Below, piece after piece: positions 12,801-24,800 of a stretch of DNA of 64,000 bases. The position numbers and the translations under genes are program-made. Source of the DNA: Hydrolagus colliei (Eukaryota); the NCBI GenBank assembly GCA_035084275.1, contig CM068764.1, positions 6,448,001 through 6,512,000 on the forward strand, in the 5' to 3' direction. Position 1 is the first letter of the stretch. Each line of letters opens with the position of its first letter. The notes below the pieces were generated by a model, which was not told the origin of the DNA, searched no databases, and was given only the letters and a program-made list of their open reading frames with translations.

Positions 12801-15800
12801 GAAAAGTTTAGCTTGTAGGGCCTAAAACAAATCTGGAGTCATATTAATTGCATTGTTTTCCGGATGTAGGGATGGAATAATTTAATGTAATCAATGTTCA
12901 TTCAACGAAATTAATATTTAAAGATTTGGTTATTTGGACTGCTCATTACATATTAATGCCTGCACTATTGTTCATAGATTATCATTGCATCTCATTGTAA
13001 TTTTGGCTGAAGGAGTCGATTAATTTTGAATCTTTGTTTTGGCTCTTTTCTTTATGATTTGCAGAGTGTGCTTGGTATTAAAGGTTTACTAATTCATTAA
13101 GTGAATGTTTAAAATTTTGTTTATAATTGTCAGCACCAGTCATGTACTGTTGTGCATAGTGTGCAGCAAACTAAAATCAGTAATCTGCAATTACTGTGGC
13201 TTTTGTGGCATTTGACAAAGCAATAGCACTGGGTAAATAGGGTGAACAAAAGACTATTTCTGGTTTTGCTACCTAAAATGAATCAGGAAGGGTACAGTCA
13301 TGTGGTAAAAATATCCTCCACTGTCTCTTTACCCCACTTACCTCTAAAACCTTCTTGAACCTTCCCAACCCACCTTCGCAGCAGGGAGATACTGACTTGC
13401 TTTACGTCCCCTGCATTGCCTGACCCAACATTATTGGTTGAACTCAGTCTATCTGCCCTACTCTCTCTCTGGAACTTCATTTCAGAGTCCCTGTACTCTC
13501 CCCTTGCCTCCTCGAAGGAACATCTCAAGACCTTCCTCTTTTGACTGTGCCTTCAATCATTCTTCTCCCCAACCACTTTGTCCTTCTAAATTTTCCTAAA
13601 TTTAACAACTTCCAGCTTGGGTGCAAATCCTCAACTGACCAGTAGCTTGGGATGTGGGAGGAAATAAATGTAATTTGTTGCTGCTGTTATAATAGCTTTG
13701 CTCACAATGTGTATTAGGTAATTCTCTTAATGTGTGTTAGATAATTCTCTAGTGGTAGACGTGTGTGCTGTAAAAATATAATGTTTTTGTGTTCTAAAAT
13801 TTCAAATTATATTTGCTACAGCATTTATTTAAAGTGTGTGAGTAAGAGAGAGAGACTGCATGTCTATAATGAGTGACAAGAACGTATGCATGCCTGATAT
13901 TTTAATCGAACTGACGTCCAATTTCTAATTCTAGCTGAAGACAGAAGAGCAGATTGCTGTAGAGCAAGCCTGGTATGAAGCCGATAAGGTGTGGCTGGCC
14001 CACAAGGATGGATTTTCATTAGGTAATCCAGATAATAATTCCTTTCCATCGTTGGATGAATAAGAATGAAGTTCCAGATTTTAAAAATAGTATTTTCAGC
14101 AATGTTCCTACGTCAAAAGGATAACCTGCTTTCCAAGCAGCAAATCCAGCATGTCTAGGATATGGGGAGCTATGCTCCAAATTGTGTTATCATTTTATTT
14201 TCCCTCCTGAACTGTCTCGTATCAGATTTATTCAATGTTGACAGCTTCATCTGAAACCATTTTCCATTTCTACAGAACTGTTACAACGATTATCAAGGCC
14301 AGTGAAAGAAGTTCCACCACCACCACCCCCGGCATACTTTTATTTCTAAACACTTGGCGAATAGCTAAATATTATTGCCTAAAATATTCAAGATGTATAG
14401 ATTTATTTAATCTCTCATGTTAGTAAATCTCTATCTAGAAATTCTCTTGACACTGTGAAGTCTCAATTCATGTGAACATGATTGACCTGCACCTTCACAT
14501 CCATATGAATATTTGTCAGATTTTCCTCCTTGCAGTGCCTAAATTGTATTCGTCATCTCATTTGTGTGAAAATTGAATAGAGAATTGAACAGAGATTTCA
14601 CTACATTAGGGTGACTTGTAGGTCAAGGCAACTATTCATATCTTGTGATGACAATTTTTGAGTATTTCGATGGCACTCATCTTGCTGATGACTTAACAAT
14701 TGATGAGGTGTTTTAATGTTGTATTTTAGAATTATAAATTTATTAGTTAGAGTGGGTGGATTATGATTGCACTCGGTCTTTCAACTTGTCTATTTCTGCA
14801 AATATGATGTTCAGAACATGCCAGATGAATGCATTTTTTTAAATTATCTAGTAACTAGTTTGTTAAGCTACTTTAATCTTAGACCAATTCTTAATTGACA
14901 CAAAGCTAATATCTCTGAAATTTATTTAGTATAATTGTAGAAATTGTCCAATCTTTTTGGGTGTGTCTTTTAAGTCTAAAGCGGCTTTTATTTTTCTAGG
15001 TACTCAGTTAACGGCTGATGCTGAAGAATCCAGCCTCCCTGAAGGCAAAGTGAAAATTAAACTGGACCATGATGGAAAAATACTGGATGTGGATGAAGAT
15101 GATGTGGAGAAGGTATTTTTTTTTCATATCTCAAATTAGTTCTGGGGTACAAGAACACCATGTTTGAAACGAGAAGAGGTTATTCTGTCCATTAAACAAT
15201 CTGCTTCCCCAACCATATACAATCTTCTCGTCATCAATTCCCTATTTCTCATTTGACTTGTTGCCTGTACTCTCTAAACTCCAAAATGGCTGTGCTGTCC
15301 AGGTATTTTTAAGTTGAACAATATTTACTATCTTTTACTAATTGTAGTCAGAATGACTAAACTGTGTCATTTAAATGATTAGTTAATAAAGATTTAACAC
15401 TCCTTTTCCAAATAACGAAGAGCTTTAATATCAGAAGTGTTGTGACTTATCATAGAGTTAAGGAAATGGTTGGCCAAATGAATCATGGTACATCACCGCC
15501 ATACACCTCCAAATGTATTGTGTTTGCATTAGTAATTATTGTTGTATTTAAACAGGCAAATCCACCAACTTATGACCGAGTGGAAGATCTTGCTTCCTTG
15601 TTGTATCTCAATGAGTGCAGTGTTCTGCACACATTACGCCAACGCTACGGCGGTAACCTGATCCACACATTTGCAGGGCCAAACATGGTTGTGGTGAATC
15701 CGCTCAGCTCTCCTTCAATGTACTCTGAAAAGGTATGTCTTGAATATTGTTTTTTTCTGGTGTGCAATTGTTACATACTGGCAAACATACATACCGTATA

Positions 15801-18800
15801 TCTCCGCGTATAAGGCGCACTTTATTTCAGGTCGGAAGATCTCTAAAGTAGGGGGTGCGCCCTATACGCAGGTACAAGCAATTTTGAGCCTCGGAGATAC
15901 AGTAAACAGGGGGGGTGGCCGGCGCGCTGTCAGCCGGGGTTTGGTCAGTGTCCGGCGGGGGTTGGGAAGAGCGGGTGACGGGGCTTCGGCCTCGGCCGCC
16001 CGGGCAGCGGCAGCAGCAGCGGACTTCAGTGCTGTGCTTACCTTCTGCCGAACCCAGTCTGCCTGCCTCACTCCCTGCCGCTCTCTCTCCCTGCCTGCCN
16101 NNNNNNNNNNNNNNNNNNNNNNNNNNNNNNNNNNNNNNNNNNNNNNNNNNNNNNNNNNNNNNNNNNNNNNNNNNNNNNNNNNNNNNNNNNNNNNNNNNNN
16201 NNNNNNNNNNNNNNNNNNNNNNNNNNNNNNNNNCCGCTCTCCCTCCCTCCCTCCCGACCTGCCGACCTGCCACTCTCCCTCCCTCCCGGGCTGCCGGCCT
16301 GCCGCTCTCCCTCCCTCCCTCCCTCCCTGCCTGCGTGCCTCTCTCCCTACCTACCTGTCTCTCCTGTCTCTCCTCCCTTCTGCCGGCAATATCATTGAAA
16401 ATGCTTCCGTTTTCTTTCACCAAGAAAAGGTCAAAAACGGGGGGTGCGCCTTATACGCGGGTGCGCCTTATACGCGGAGATATACGGTATGTGACAGAAT
16501 ACTTACACAGTGAAACGCTCTGAGACCCCGTCTGGCGTGGAGGGCGCTATATAAATCAAAGTTGTTGTTGTTTAAACCAATTGATCCAATTTTGAATGAC
16601 TGGTTGCTTGCGTTATGTTTGAAAGTTTGTTGCATATATAATGTGTGTGTATATATTATATACAGTAGAAGCTCATTTATCCGTGACTCGATGAACCGGC
16701 ACTTCCGTATAACTAGCAAGCCAAAACAAAAGTCCCCATTCGATAAACCGGAACTTATCCAGAACAATAGCAGTGAAGCATTTGTAAATGCATAAATAAT
16801 AACATAATAACAGAATGTTGTATTGGTACTTATTTTTAAAACTACTCTCTTGCGCTTCTCATCTTTACTAGTAGCTGCTGCTCTTGAAGCCATGATGCTG
16901 CAAGGTTGAGGTTTATAATCCAGTAATTCTTTTTAAAATGGAGCACGCCAAGTGGGTGAGAAAAACGGAGCACGATTTTAAAGCCATACTAGCGGCAAGC
17001 CGATAATGCTAGCCGATAACCCACATTGTCGCGCAGGTGCAGTATTTCAGTTTGCTGGTAGTAGAGTCTAGGGCTATCTGCTTGCCTCTGGTAAAGTCGC
17101 AAGATTTTAAACTCGAGCTACCGTTTTTTTCACCTGCTTGGCGTCCTCCATTTAAAAAAGAATCGCTGGACTGTAAACTTCAATCAGTAAAAGGTGATAA
17201 GCGCAAGAGAGTAGTTTTAGCAATAAGTACCAATACAATATTCTGTTATTATTTAGTCTGGTATGTATGGTGTGTGTTAAAATAACTTTAATTTTTTTGT
17301 GGTGGGTTTTCAGCCCCGGGCCGCCCGAATATTCGGCAGGCGCTTTACCCGGCATTGGCCAAGTCCCGCGGGTGCCGGATAAACAGGCTTTTACTGTATT
17401 TCTTAATATGTATATATATTTTATATATATATCTATGGAAGAAAATTTGCTGTTTATTTACAAGCATATGGAAGCTGATTGCGTTCTTGTTATAGGTTAT
17501 GCACATGTTCAAAGGTTGTCGTAGGGAAGATACTTCTCCACATGTGTATGCTGTTGCACAAGCTGCGTATCGAAACTTGCTTACGACACGACAGGACCAA
17601 TCTATTGTTCTTTTGGGACGAACTGGCAGTGGGAAAACCACAAACAGTCAGCACCTCGTTCAGTATCTAGTCACAATTGCAGGCAGTACAGGAAAGTTCA
17701 TCACGGGTAGGTGTAAAGTCCAAATTCAAACCATAACTTGAGATCTCAAGTTATGGAGAGTTTTCCTTTTACGTAAAAATATAATTTTTATGCTTTTAGT
17801 ACCATAGGTATCCTTCTTAAATTGAACTGAGACTTCCATTGATTGCTATCTCTTCCAATGTTTGAACGTCACAGTGGAGAAATGGCAGGCTGTGTATTCT
17901 ATTTTGGAGGCCTTTGGCAACAGCAGTACAAGTATGAATGCCAATGCCACTCGCTTCTCACAGATCATCTCGCTCGACTTTGACCAGACTGGTCAGGTGG
18001 CTTCAGCCTCTGTACAGGTGAGAAAAAAAGAGGTGCTTCAAAGAATATTTTGAGTGTCTTGACTGGAGAATTTCAACCTTCAATCTAGATTCCTTTTTTA
18101 AAAAAAAATGAGGGATATGAACATACCGTGTTGCAAGCTTTAAATACAAAGCTACCTCCATAACAGCAGCGTGATCTCCTTCTTCAAGTCCCGCCTGAAA
18201 ACCTCCCTTGTTGACTGTGCTTATAGTCACCTCCCCCACCGGCTCCGGTATTGTTAAGCACTCGACCCTGCGTGGAGGGTTCTATGTAAGCGCATGTTGT
18301 TGTGATTTATGAAGACATACATAAAAAAATTCTCTTTAATAGACCATGCTTTTGGAGAAGCTCAGGGTTGCTAAGCGTCCAGAGAATGAAGGGACATTCA
18401 ATGTGTTCTATTACCTGATGGCTGGAGCCGACAATGCTCTCAGGTACTGTTGTATAACTGATTTAAATTAATCTATGCCTTTATGTTATGTAACAATACA
18501 AATGACTTCCACGGCTAATTTTCTTTTTATTTTCCCATTTACAGAACTGAGCTTCACCTGAATCACTTTGTAGAAAACAGTTTGTTTGGAATTACACCAT
18601 TATCAAAGGTATTATTAACTATCTTCAGTTAAATATATCCCACGATGATTAATTGTAAAGTTATCCTTCCTTCTCTTCCCCTCCCCTATCCACAAGTCCG
18701 GCCAACCAAGGTATAAGTGTACTGCTAATTTTGGCTATAAAAAGGGAAGATGAAAAGAAACCTGATTTCATTGCATTAAAATTGGCAATAGTGATAGATT

Positions 18801-21800
18801 ATCTTGGAAATATACTTTAAAAAGTACAAATCACAACTTTTTGTGGAGAATTCAGAGAGGATAACAAAAGCTTGAATATTTAAGAGCAGACATGGTGATT
18901 TTCACATGCAGCAACTATTCTTGCAACTTGAAGGCTGCTCAGTTACATAAATTTAGGCAAAATAGTTTGATATAGACTAATTCCAGGTCATAGAAGTAAA
19001 TTGAAAACCGAGAAAATAAATTGGTTTTGAGATTTAGATGTAAAACAGTTGAGCTGAAGGGCTCAGGGGGTTGCAGTTGAGATGTGGGCTCAGAAGTGAG
19101 CAGGATTTTAAATTATGGCATTACTTGAAAGCATCAAATGAGGGAATATTGTACAGTTGGAATACAAGAGTAGCTCAAGGTGGATTGTTTTTCTAGTCAG
19201 CAGCATATCTCAGAATTGAGGTAGCATTGATAATTACTTCCCTTTTTTGATGCCTTGCCAACACCTTTTCATCTAAAATCATGTAACTCTTTTCAGACTC
19301 TCGGTTATACAATATCTTCTTAATTCAACCATTATTCTGCATGATCATGCCCTTTATGGCTTAATCTGGCAACAGTTTTGTATGTGCAGATACCGATCAC
19401 TTTGTCGACAGGTTAAGATGATTTCTGGGTGAAGCCCAGATTTATTTGCCTGATTATAAATTTAGAAGTGGAAAAATCCTTGAATATGACATTTTATTAA
19501 AAATTACTGAGAGTATTTAATTGTCTCTCCAGCCTGAAGAGAAACAGAAGGCAGCTCAACAATTTAACAAACTCCAGGTTGCTATGAAAGTACTGGGAAT
19601 TTCAGTTGATGAACAAAAAGCATTCTGGCATATCTTGAGCGCCATCTACCACTTGGGGGCAGCAGGAGCCACGAAAGGTACTGTGTAGATCATTTACATT
19701 TTAACAAGTGACTTCTAAAAACTATTTTGAATGTCTTTACAATTATTTTACTAATGGCCCTATGCAATACCCAAAGCTATTATCACAAATGTCTCTACTA
19801 TTATGTAAATATAAAAGTATAATAAGAAATGTATATAGTTCAAGTTTCATCTATAAATAACTTACTGCTGCTTTGTTTTAATTTTAGTTTTGATGCATAT
19901 GTAATTTTAGTTTTGATGCATATGCAGTTGAATTGTGTTTATCAGATCTGACGCTGGGACACATGGCTGTTTAGTTAGTCTGATTTCCCACTGATAATTC
20001 TCCCCACTTAGTTTCATGAGCTATTAATATTTGCCTTTGTTATAAAATATAAAAACCAGACAGTAGAATTTTTATTGGATCTAATTAATGCACAAAATGT
20101 GCTTGCATAGCGCTATGACAGCATTCTTTTTCCTGGAAACTCAGTAACAGTTCAGATATTAATTGGGTTTTACAGTATGTTACAAGTGAAGCATTATTAA
20201 GGAGAGTCTACAAATACATTGTTTTCTGTTCACCTTTTGCTTTCTGTTGCTCCTGCACCTATCGAGTGAATGCAAGTTTGAAGTTCACGCAAATGGCAAC
20301 TGGAATATCTAACAGTACAAATTTAGAATTTTATACTGTGCGTTGTGTGTTCAGAAGGCATCCCAAAGCACTTAACAGAACTGACGGACCCAAGCTATGG
20401 GTATATGCCAGTGGGTGGGGAAAAAAGATGCCTGAACACATGGTCAAAATTATAGGTCTTAAGATGGACCTTGCACAAGGAGAGGGAGAGGTAAAGTCAG
20501 AGAAATTCCAGAATCGAGAGACAGAAAGTCTGAAAGCTCACACACCGATAGGGGTGGGGTGGGTACGATGTGGCATACGGAATAGGCTGATGCCTGCTGT
20601 CAGTGAAATCTTAGAAGTAAAATATTGATGGAATTGTACAGAAATCTGATGTGCAAACTAAGCACTTTAATCTGTCACAAACCATCAGGAATCCACAAGA
20701 AAAGCTGATTGATTCTGATAACCCTAAACAATCTCTCAGTGGTTACTAAAGTGGTTGTGAGGGACGTTTCAGTGGTTTAGAGTTGAGATAAATGTGAGAT
20801 TTGATTTCAGTTGGGTAACTTGCTTTCTAATCATGTAAAGTAGTCTTGAAATATTTTGATTTTAAAATAGAGATTATTGCACAGATATACTGGCACATAC
20901 CTGATTATGTGGGTTGTAATTTCTATATATCTAGAGGAGATTTTTCTTAAACTGCGATAAGTTTCAAACCAAGCAAATGAAGTTTAAAAAGCTTTTGACT
21001 TGAAAATAAATGTTAAATTTATGACTGACCAGATCATTTGGAATTTAGCAATGTGATTTTAGAAAACAAATTCAGAAAGGTTATTTTTGTCCTCCATTGC
21101 ATGACTGCCCTTTGGTATGTTTTTGTTACCATGCATCTATTTATTGGCTGGCAACAACCACATCCTTATCTTTTTGCTGGCACCTTGTAAAATTATGCTA
21201 TATGTTTCAAAATAAGCATTTTGCAACACACAGACTAATGTTTAGTATTTAAGAATTGTTTCACAGGAAACAGCAGAAATGTAAATATTTCTAATGCACC
21301 TATGTGCCTAGAGAGTGAATGGAAGCAGAAGTTGATGAAATTTGACAAATGGACAAATTACAGTATTTTGGAATTTTTTCCAAAAGCGGGCAGGACAAAT
21401 TCCTTTTACAAACAGGGTTGAAGATTAGGCAGATAATGATAGACACAGATCATTACATGCTCCATGGAACTGCATGGTTCATTGGCTGCTGGAATGAAGA
21501 ATTAATTACTTGAGAAATGCAACTGCTTAGAGTTGTAAATGTGTGTTGCGAGGTTAGATTATAATAACAGCTTGCTTGAGTACCTTGCACATGAAAGAAT
21601 GTTTTGTTTCTACAGCCAATATGTGACTCTTTCAAATTGATGGGTTATCTTTTTAAAATTCGACACAATATCTCCATGAAGGACATCATTAGGAAGCAGT
21701 GCCACTGCTTAGTTGTTTGAACCATGGCAAAAGGAATAAGTATCATGAAGTTCTGGAATAAACATAAACCTATAGAGTATGATGGATACATACTCATGTA

Positions 21801-24800
21801 TTCAGTGAATGTTCAGTGAAGAGAATTTTTGATAACAATCGATATTTTCAAATTTTTCTTTTAAACAAAATCGCTATTTTTAAAATAGTCCATTTGATGC
21901 AAATAAAGTTTTAAATATTCTTAAAGATATTCACAGGTGAAAAAATCTTTGGACTTGTAATTTGTGAACACAGTCAAAATTGATGGAAAGCATTAAAATT
22001 ATGGAATTTACCTCTCAGTCTACCTCAGTATATCAGCTTCTTGCTATTGAGAAATTTCCGAATAAATCAGTATGAGCAATTGCGCGTAGTATCTTTATAT
22101 TACATTTTCTTTACATTTACCTATTTAGATACAACTGTTACACGTCCTATGGCTGATACAATGGTCGTTCCATACTGACTGCAATGGTGTTTATTCTCAA
22201 TTGATTTTACAACTGCATACCTAACAATTGTAAATGCAATGTAAGCCAAAACAGAACTTGGGGAATCTAAGGAAAAAAATCTCTACATGGATAGTTAGAT
22301 AGAATATGGAATTCTCTGCCACAAACAGTAATTGAAGCGAAATCAATAACTTCCACCAAAATAGATTTGTTTACAAAATAACATTGCTCAGATTAGAAAG
22401 AGCAAGTAACGTGCTTCTTGAAGTATTTTGTACAACAATATGTACTGTAATTTCGGGGACTTTGAAATAATAACACAATTAATCATAAATCTGACTAAAA
22501 TTGAATTAAAGTAAATGGAAATTGTTTCCATATGGAGGTAGAGGGTACAGCACGGAATCACCAAACACTCTTCCGTTTTCCTCGCAGCAATTATTGGAGA
22601 AAATGACATTTGCTAATAATTTAAGTAAGACTTTGGATTGGTATTGTCACAGCTGTCTAATCTCTGTTTAATAATGTTTTCTCCATCTGCTTCATTGCAA
22701 ATTGCTCCAGGTAGTACGCAGATTAATTTTTAAACTATCTTGTTTACAGTGTAGCACAGCTGGGTGGCTAGCAAAACAAACCTCAACAGAATTATATTTG
22801 CACCATGTATAAAAACTTTGGCCAGATGTAATTTAATTAGCATAACTCTAGGTTATCATCAGAATTTATGTCCCACCCTAACTAATGCTATTCCATGGAT
22901 GTTATCACTATGATCCTAAAAAGATTGGAGCCACAGTGCTCCACAGAATGTTTATTCCCTTATGTCTAAACTTATAACCTTCAATTCCACTCCACACAAG
23001 ATATTTCTTTGAGCTCCCCTTTAAAGATGTTTATCAACATAACATTAATTGCTTTTGATAGAATTCTGTTCCAAACATCTGCTGCTCTGTGGATGGAAAA
23101 ATAACTTCTAATCTGTAGTCTTGCTTGAGGCTTGACAGTTTTTTTACTCATGTCAGCCATCATTGTTCAAGTTCAATAACCTGCTTTCATTACATTATTT
23201 GTGTCTCTCTTCATTAATAAGGACTTGGATAATGTTCATCTGTAATCTTCTGCAATTAAAACTACAGTGCATCCAGTTGACAGCACATTCTTTACAACAT
23301 TACACCCTGGGATCCACTCGATTGTTCTTCTTTATATCCTCTCTAGTATGATGCTGTTCTTTTGCTCACATGTTATTTCACATAATCCTTACATTTGATA
23401 GAGAGCCTTATCAAGTCTTAGACATCTCCAAGCACTTCACAGAGTATACTGTAAAGTGAATTGACTGTATAATTTGTGAGTGCTAATTGCGCACAACAGT
23501 GTTCCACAAACAGTCATAGAATGAGTGACCAAATTCTTATTATTTTGAAGGCATTATTATCCCTGGCAAAGCGACCTCCCATCCAATGAACAACCAGGTT
23601 CCTACTTACTGCTTGGTAAACAGAAGTATGTAAAGCAAATAAATTTGCCTAATCTTTTGCCGCACCCAGGAATGGAACTCAGGTTTTCTTGCATGTGAGG
23701 TAAGCTCTAACCAATACGCTACAGGACACCACAAATGTCATATAGTTAAAACACTTACATTTGAAATTATTCAACCAATTGACTTTCATGTGTCAAATAA
23801 GCTATAGCTAACTGTTGTTATGACTGTCACAAATTTATGATTATTTGACTTCTCTCATCGAATTACCTCCAGCAGCCTTTTCATGGTAGCAACAAATCTC
23901 AGTTCCTTCTGTTCTTATGCTAAGTAAGCACTGATTACATAGGTATAGACAATCAGACTTAGAATAGCCTGGACTGATGATAAAACACCAGAAAGCCACA
24001 CTGCACAAAATAAAGTTGGAAATACGTCAACAATCTTACCAGCTCCTTTTCCAATTAAAGTTAGATGCTTTTAATTCTAAATTCGAAATACTATACATAT
24101 AATAGTTTTAATTTTTGTTTACATAACAGACCTTAAAAGTATTTTTTTTAAATAGAAGTACTGTAAGGGAAAATTTTATCAACAGATAGTCCCTTTTTCA
24201 CATTACAGAAAAGAACTATGTTGGGTCTCTCTCTCTTGTTCCGACCTTCAAACCTGCTAATTTTCTCTCAAAGGCCTTTCGAGAACGCCCACACTAGCCA
24301 AAGTAGATTGGCTAGTGAATCATTGCTTTGCATTTCAGGGAAAATTCCAAGGGCTCATTCAATTCAGGACATGAAACAAATTAGCCATTATCATTTGGAC
24401 AATGACCGTAGAATATTTTAGGGTTTTATTAGATTAACAAGGAATCCTGCAGATGAAATAGTCTTTCACTTTTATGACTGTTTGTGGAAAAATACAGTAA
24501 CCATGTGAAATGCTTTGAGATGCCCCCCTGATGTATCAAATGCACCAATTATTATATTGTTACTTCCCAGTAAAAGGGAATTGGTGCAGTGTTTACTGTC
24601 ACCAACCCTGGATATTGGCTAAGGAAATAACCATTTTTATTGTGAGCATCTTTTGCAGTTTTGCTTTGCATATTGAAGTGGCTTACAATATATGTATTTC
24701 AAATATAAATTAAATATTGCACTTCAGAATCACATTACATTCTGCTACAGGGTAGAAATAAAAGCTTGAATGCTTTCCTTGTAGAATTTCATTAAGCAGT

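Noticed and set aside
15740-16523. Long ORFs of 198-257 aa on both strands
   Set aside because: They span the N gap and GC-rich low-complexity core of a MITE
20221-20280. Pyrimidine tract as a possible second microexon acceptor
   Set aside because: First AG is in a GAG context and there is no credible donor
21267-21280. cag|GAAACAGCAGAAAT|gtaaat candidate microexon
   Set aside because: 14 nt (frameshifting) with a weak pyrimidine tract
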